Source: an uncultured Nitrososphaeraceae archaeon (GTDB taxonomy: Archaea; Thermoproteota; Nitrososphaeria; Nitrososphaerales; Nitrososphaeraceae). Taken from it: DNA of 64,000 nucleotides. Under the pieces are notes generated by a model. The model searched no databases. It saw only the letters and a list, made by a program, of their open reading frames with translations, and was not told where the DNA came from. How positions within the stretch are numbered: the stretch's first letter is position 1; each line of letters opens with the position of its first letter. The stretch lies in the NCBI GenBank assembly GCA_963765895.1, contig CAVXZB010000041.1, forward strand, positions 1 through 64,000, in the 5' to 3' direction. Of this stretch, positions 59,394 to 64,000 are shown one piece after another. A program made the translations under genes and the position numbers.

Positions 59394-59990
59394 CTACTTC
59401 ATTAGTGATACTGATAGGCACACTGGTCCAATATTCGACACTACATGAAATTGACCACTAACACAATATCCTCCAACATTTGGGAGTGTAGTTCTAACGA
59501 ATAATGTCCCTATGTTAGGAACTATTTGTTGTGAAGTTGTACCGACAGGTGGTATAGTTACAGTTATATTATTATTATTAGGGATAGCCTGAGTACCGCT
59601 AGTAACGGTATCATTGTTCTTAATATTATTGTTATTATGGTTAATATCATTATTAGTATTATTAATTGGGATAGTTACCTTAACTGGTACACTTACATTT
59701 ACAGGACTGAATGGCGCTTCTCCACGGTCTCTCGAACACATTGAATTGTTGTCTGAATGTGTACATAACAATCCTCCATCGGCGTTTATGATATTTGTTA
59801 CTGGTGCTTCATTGATAATTGCGCCATCGTTGTCACTTTGATCTTTATATGCTACTTCTCTAGTCAGGTATGCCCGCGCTCCTTTTATATTTGCAAAAGT
59901 ACCTATACAGCCAATTATTGCTGCCAGTATTAATGTAGTAAGGATAGTTATTGAAATCCATTTGATCATGGCATGCATAACCGTTTGCAA
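59394..59990 (-). CDS. secreted Asn/Thr-rich hypothetical protein
   Basis: Signal-like N-terminus and low-complexity body. Confidence 0.55.
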   Translation of the reverse strand: MQTVMHAMIKWISITILTTLILAAIIGCIGTFANIKGARAYLTREVAYKDQSDNDGAIINEAPVTNIINADGGLLCTHSDNNSMCSRDRGEAPFSPVNVSVPVKVTIPINNTNNDINHNNNNIKNNDTVTSGTQAIPNNNNITVTIPPVGTTSQQIVPNIGTLFVRTTLPNVGGYCVSGQFHVVSNIGPVCLSVSLMK

Positions 59991-60190
59991 TATATCATAT
60001 TTGCTTATTTGACTTTAGGTAGACAAAACCGAAGTAAAGGGTAGAAGTTATTGCTTAGTTCTTTTCCATAATTTTTGACTATTACAAGCAATTTGTATTT
60101 ATATACAGTCATCAAGCAGTTTTGATTTGGTTATATAAAACAATCTTATATTGAAGATAGTACCGAAGGCAATTACCTTCTCACTATAAA

Positions 60191-60858
60191 GGCACTGTAA
60201 AGTTAAGGAAAAATCTATAGTTTTATGACTCAGATATATGTTATGTTGTGTCAATTAAGAAAAAGAACAGAACACGAGGATATAGCATATTCTCTGTATC
60301 TTTATTTCCTAGGTCTTTCACTGAGAAGTACTTCCAAAGCTGTGTCTAGGTTTGTAAAAAGAAGTCATACTGCCATCAGAGACTGGATTTAAAAATACAA
60401 GCCAGAGATGAAGTTCCAGAAAGATGCGTATTACCACATTTATAATTGATGAAACTATCATTAAGGTTGGTTCTGAATATATACGGTTATGGATAGCCAT
60501 TGAAAATGATAACTGAGAAATCCTTCAAATAAGAATATCAAAAGAAAGAAATATGTTTGTAGCAGAACGTTTTATATTAAATCTTGTAAAAAGATACGGG
60601 GAACATCCTGTTTCAACTGATGGTGATACACGGTATCCACAGGCTTGCAGATTCTTGGGACTGCACCACCACATCCATTCTCCATATGAGAAAAGGGTCA
60701 TAGAAAGGACAGTACAATATATCAAAGATAGGACGGAAGGTTTTGATGATTATTTTCCTTGTAGAAAAAGTAAATGCAAATTACAACATATACAAAAATG
60801 GTTTAATCTATTTGTCAGTCATTATAACAGTAATTTGTTGTCTTAACTTTACAGAGCC
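60191..60858 (+). mobile_element. IS6-family element with inactivated transposase
   Basis: 17-bp IRs GGCACTGTAAAGTTAAG / GGCTCTGTAAAGTTAAG; IDETIIKVG, WIAI, STDG, IERTVQYIKDR; internal stops; no target duplication seen. Confidence 0.85.
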
Positions 60859-61015
60859 GTATATGCACTTGGAAAATAAATTGAAAAGCGTTCTCTATCC
60901 ATGTATGTATTCCTTAACATTGTTAACTTTACAAATAATTTCTAATTATAAGTATTACAAAGTAATTTATGCAAATAGATCTAGAAACGTTAATTTGCTG
61001 ATGAAAATAAAAAAC

Positions 61016-61035
61016 TTTTTACGGCGCCGAAAAAA
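61016..61035. repeat. imperfect palindrome TTTTTACGGCGCCGAAAAAA
   Basis: Read directly; near match to the 16-bp palindrome. Confidence 0.75.
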
Positions 61036-61131
61036 TTGCTTGAACTTAGTTAATTGTTAGAATAAAAACATATTCACTTCAACAAAACTACTGTTACCAA
61101 AAGACATAAGAAATACCAAGATAAGAAGAGA

Positions 61132-61409
61132 ATGAGTTCTAAACTTAAAGGCATGGGATGGTTGAGATCCCATTGATACAAGAGATTTTTCTCGTGAGCA
61201 TCCTAGAGTCCAGAAAATTCTGACAAGCAACGAAACCAGAGAACTTAAGCCACAAGCCGCAACAGATCTCCCGAATAAGATAGATAATCGTAAGTGGTGT
61301 TCACTCATTGAGGATCAGGGTTATTTAGGAAGTTGCACTGCTAACGCTGGCGTGGGAATGTTTGAATATATGGAAATAAAGCAACTGGAAAATACTTGGA
61401 TGTTCAAGA
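61132..61409 (+). pseudogene. C1A cysteine peptidase N-terminal part, interrupted by IS
   Basis: GMGWLR, DNRKWCSLIEDQGYLGSCTANAGVGMFEY (oxyanion Gln and catalytic Cys). Confidence 0.85.
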
Positions 61410-62351
61410 GGCTATGTAGAAAACATCATCAACATTGCAAGATTAGTCAGTCTATGCATGTTGTAGGTTATGCATCTGAATGACAATTCCCTGTTCTGTG
61501 TTCTGGTCAATCTAGACATAATGTGCTCTCCAAATAGTCTCTTTATGACTGAGACTATGGTTTCATCTTTGTTTCGTTGATTGTACAGCACCTTGGAATA
61601 GCCACGTTTCATCTGCTTTCTATACTTACCATATGTTCTCCGTATCGGTACATGCTCATATCGAGCTGGGATTATACTAAATGCATGCAAGTTATCTCTT
61701 ACCAACTGATGATTATCTTCACTATCATATCCCTTATCAGCTGTAACTACAGATAATGGAAGAATATTTGACGTCCTTGTTATAATTGGTCTGAAATCTA
61801 TATTATCATGTCTTGTAGGAGCTCGTCTTATCCTTATCTTATAGATAATCTGTTGTAGTACGTCAGCTCCAATAGATAATTTCGCATATTTTCTTGTTGC
61901 TTCTATTCGTTCAGCATAATACTGTGAAGCATGAGTTATTTTAAATCCTGTTGAATCTATTCCTACAAAGATATGTTTGGTACCGCTTATTACAATGAAT
62001 GATGAAATTATCCTTTCGAGCAATGAATTGCCAATTCTGTCTGTAAACTTTTGCAATGTTGTAAAATGAGGAATGCGTGACAATCGTAGAAACGACCTTA
62101 GGGTAACATGCCTCGAACAACCAACAATCCACAAACAACATTCTATAACTCTTATCTTCGTACTGTCGGATTGTAATCAGAACAATATGTTGCCATATTA
62201 TAAATATGTGATTACTTTTCCTATTAGAAAATAGAGGGATCCTTGCATGTTTCAAAACACGGCGCATAGTAGTATCTGCAAGTCTAACGTATCTTGATTC
62301 TTTCAATAGACTATTGGTATTCTTACAAAGCTTGACTTTATGAGATGATTT
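61410..62351 (-). mobile_element. defective IS5-family variant, left IR truncated
   Basis: Right IR GGCTATGTAGAAA at 61410; transposase split into ORFs 61941-62306 and 61412-62134. Confidence 0.88.
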
Positions 62352-62616
62352 GTCCCATGTCGAATTATCCAGCCCCTCTTAATATCCATTCGTTCAGGAT
62401 GAGCATCCTTCCATTAGCACCATTAGTGCACTGTGGCATTACGCTAGCCTTTGGCCTAACCTACAGATGGCATACTACTATACAAAGGCGATAGATCTTT
62501 TTCTTTTCTTTTCTAGGAACTTACATATGGTATAATGATGTTTAGTTAACCTGAAAAATTAAATCTTATTCTGACTAACCAAAACACAATATCTTATCGT
62601 GCAATAAATGTTCTGT

Positions 62617-64000
62617 TTAGGGATCTAATTCTCCAGGCAGAGGCGAAAAGATATTAGTCTTACCTGCGAACAAGCTTATTTGTTTGCAATCTGTATTTAC
62701 ATCTGTTAAAGTGAAACCGATTCTTTTGGCGCTATTTTGATTTTCATTTGCGATCAAATTCGCTACTAATTTCTGGTTGTTAGCATTATTACCCTTGCTC
62801 TTTAATATTTTGGCCTGATCAAATTGTATATTGTTTAAGTCTGATGTAAGGAAAACTGTCAATTTATGCCCGGACAGCTGATTCGCTACCATGTTTCCTT
62901 TAATGATATAAAGGGCAATATTGTCGAATGCTGCTGGCTTGTTTACCAGACTAGTAAACGAACCACCACTTGTCTGGGAAGTTTGACATGTGGCAAATGG
63001 TGGATTGAGTACTGCTGGAAGAGCAGTTAGGGCAGCTTCTCTTGCAACGATAAGACCACCAAATAACTCCTTATCAATTGGCGGAACAGATAGCTGATTT
63101 AGCTTGAGATTGCCCAACACTCCCAGAGGTGCAATTTGACCATTAACATTAAATGCCTGTGCCATAGTTATAAATTTGCATTCTGTTCTGACCGTATCAA
63201 CGTTAAATGGAATATCCTTTTGCCTGGTGCCGTCATTGTTTTGGACTATAATGTCACCTGCGAATTGAGGGCCACTATACCGCAACAACACGTTATCATC
63301 ATTCTGTAGATCACTTTTTAACACTATTTTGACATTGGTTGTATGAAACTCATTCAAAGCATTTCTTAGTTGATTCAAGGATGCACTTCCACTCATGACA
63401 TATGTTGCAGATGATGGGAGACGAGTAGTAAAAGCACCTTGAACTTGTTGTGTGCCAGCGTTGGTTAGTAGTGTTTTGTTCGCAGTGTTTGAAGCGCAGG
63501 TTTGAAATGGTGGATTTGTTGCCGTACCCACGGTTCCTCCAGTAGCTCCAGTCACGCCAGGATTCACAGCTGTACCCGTTTGAGGCGATAGTGGTGGGGT
63601 AAAAAACCCAGTTTGTGTGTTTGCTGATGCTCCTGCATTTGGTGGAATTGGAGCTACTGGTGGAATTGATGATGATATAGTATTAGTTATAGAACATACT
63701 GCTGTCTGACCACTGCCGACGCTACCATTACACGCCGCGGTATTGACTGTTGTACCACCTACACTAAATGTATACGTAGGATTGGTTGCACCAAAAACAG
63801 ATTGTTCCGTTACAGATACTGTACCTGGTACTATACATATGTTTAAAGGATTTAATACTGATAGGCCACTAAATGTCTGCGTCAGGCCACCGTTTTGTAC
63901 CGTAATTGTAAATGAAACTCCGTTAAAGTTAGAAACAGAATTAATTATCTTCTGGACAGTCAATGTGGCAGTTTGTACATTAACATTATTACAGAAATTA
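62617..64000 (-). CDS. large extracellular/surface protein, 5' end outside the window
   Basis: More than 448 aa open to the window edge; T/N/G-rich; TLTVQK..CSITNT Ig-like unit, a Pro/Thr linker and two related NPPFxTC..TxCK domains. Confidence 0.7.
   Translation of the reverse strand, partial: NFCNNVNVQTATLTVQKIINSVSNFNGVSFTITVQNGGLTQTFSGLSVLNPLNICIVPGTVSVTEQSVFGATNPTYTFSVGGTTVNTAACNGSVGSGQTAVCSITNTISSSIPPVAPIPPNAGASANTQTGFFTPPLSPQTGTAVNPGVTGATGGTVGTATNPPFQTCASNTANKTLLTNAGTQQVQGAFTTRLPSSATYVMSGSASLNQLRNALNEFHTTNVKIVLKSDLQNDDNVLLRYSGPQFAGDIIVQNNDGTRQKDIPFNVDTVRTECKFITMAQAFNVNGQIAPLGVLGNLKLNQLSVPPIDKELFGGLIVAREAALTALPAVLNPPFATCQTSQTSGGSFTSLVNKPAAFDNIALYIIKGNMVANQLSGHKLTVFLTSDLNNIQFDQAKILKSKGNNANNQKLVANLIANENQNSAKRIGFTLTDVNTDCKQISLFAGKTNIFSPLPGELDP

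Noticed and set aside
61941-62306. Programmed frameshift in the variant transposase
   Set aside because: The close intact relative is a single ORF, and the variant has several scattered indels with no clear slippery site.
1-64000. CRISPR array, cas genes, tRNA, rRNA, integrase
   Set aside because: No repeat-spacer periodicity or recognisable sequences seen by eye; covariance searches could not be run.

Overview
AT-rich archaeal DNA, most consistent with a soil ammonia-oxidising archaeon (Nitrososphaerales). This is inferred from the thaumarchaeal-type glyA, MEDS, Lrp, stand-alone receiver, SRPBCC and CHRD genes. Only glyA looks like core housekeeping. The rest is low-density accessory sequence with many frameshifted or truncated genes (NDH-2 fusion, HAMP kinase, alpha-keto acid decarboxylase, M1 aminopeptidase, ParB, chagasin, LodA-like, lysyl-oxidase-like, S53 and C1 peptidase pieces). 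Mobile DNA comprises two intact 948-bp IS5-family copies with 8-bp target duplications, two pieces of a defective variant, and a decayed IS6. The most notable unexplained signals are: (1) an operon of a ~780-codon unknown protein plus a LodB/halogenase-like flavoprotein; (2) a six-copy GTCAAAT array with identical spacing upstream of two paralogous HTH/coiled-coil genes 28 kb apart; (3) a recurring 16-bp palindrome TTTTCGGCGCCGAAAA, with a variant just after parB; (4) relics of ammonia-releasing amine oxidases among protease genes; (5) a reconstructable IS-linked inverted rearrangement of a C1 peptidase gene. Family calls are from motif recognition only, with no database searches. Some frameshifts may be sequencing errors.
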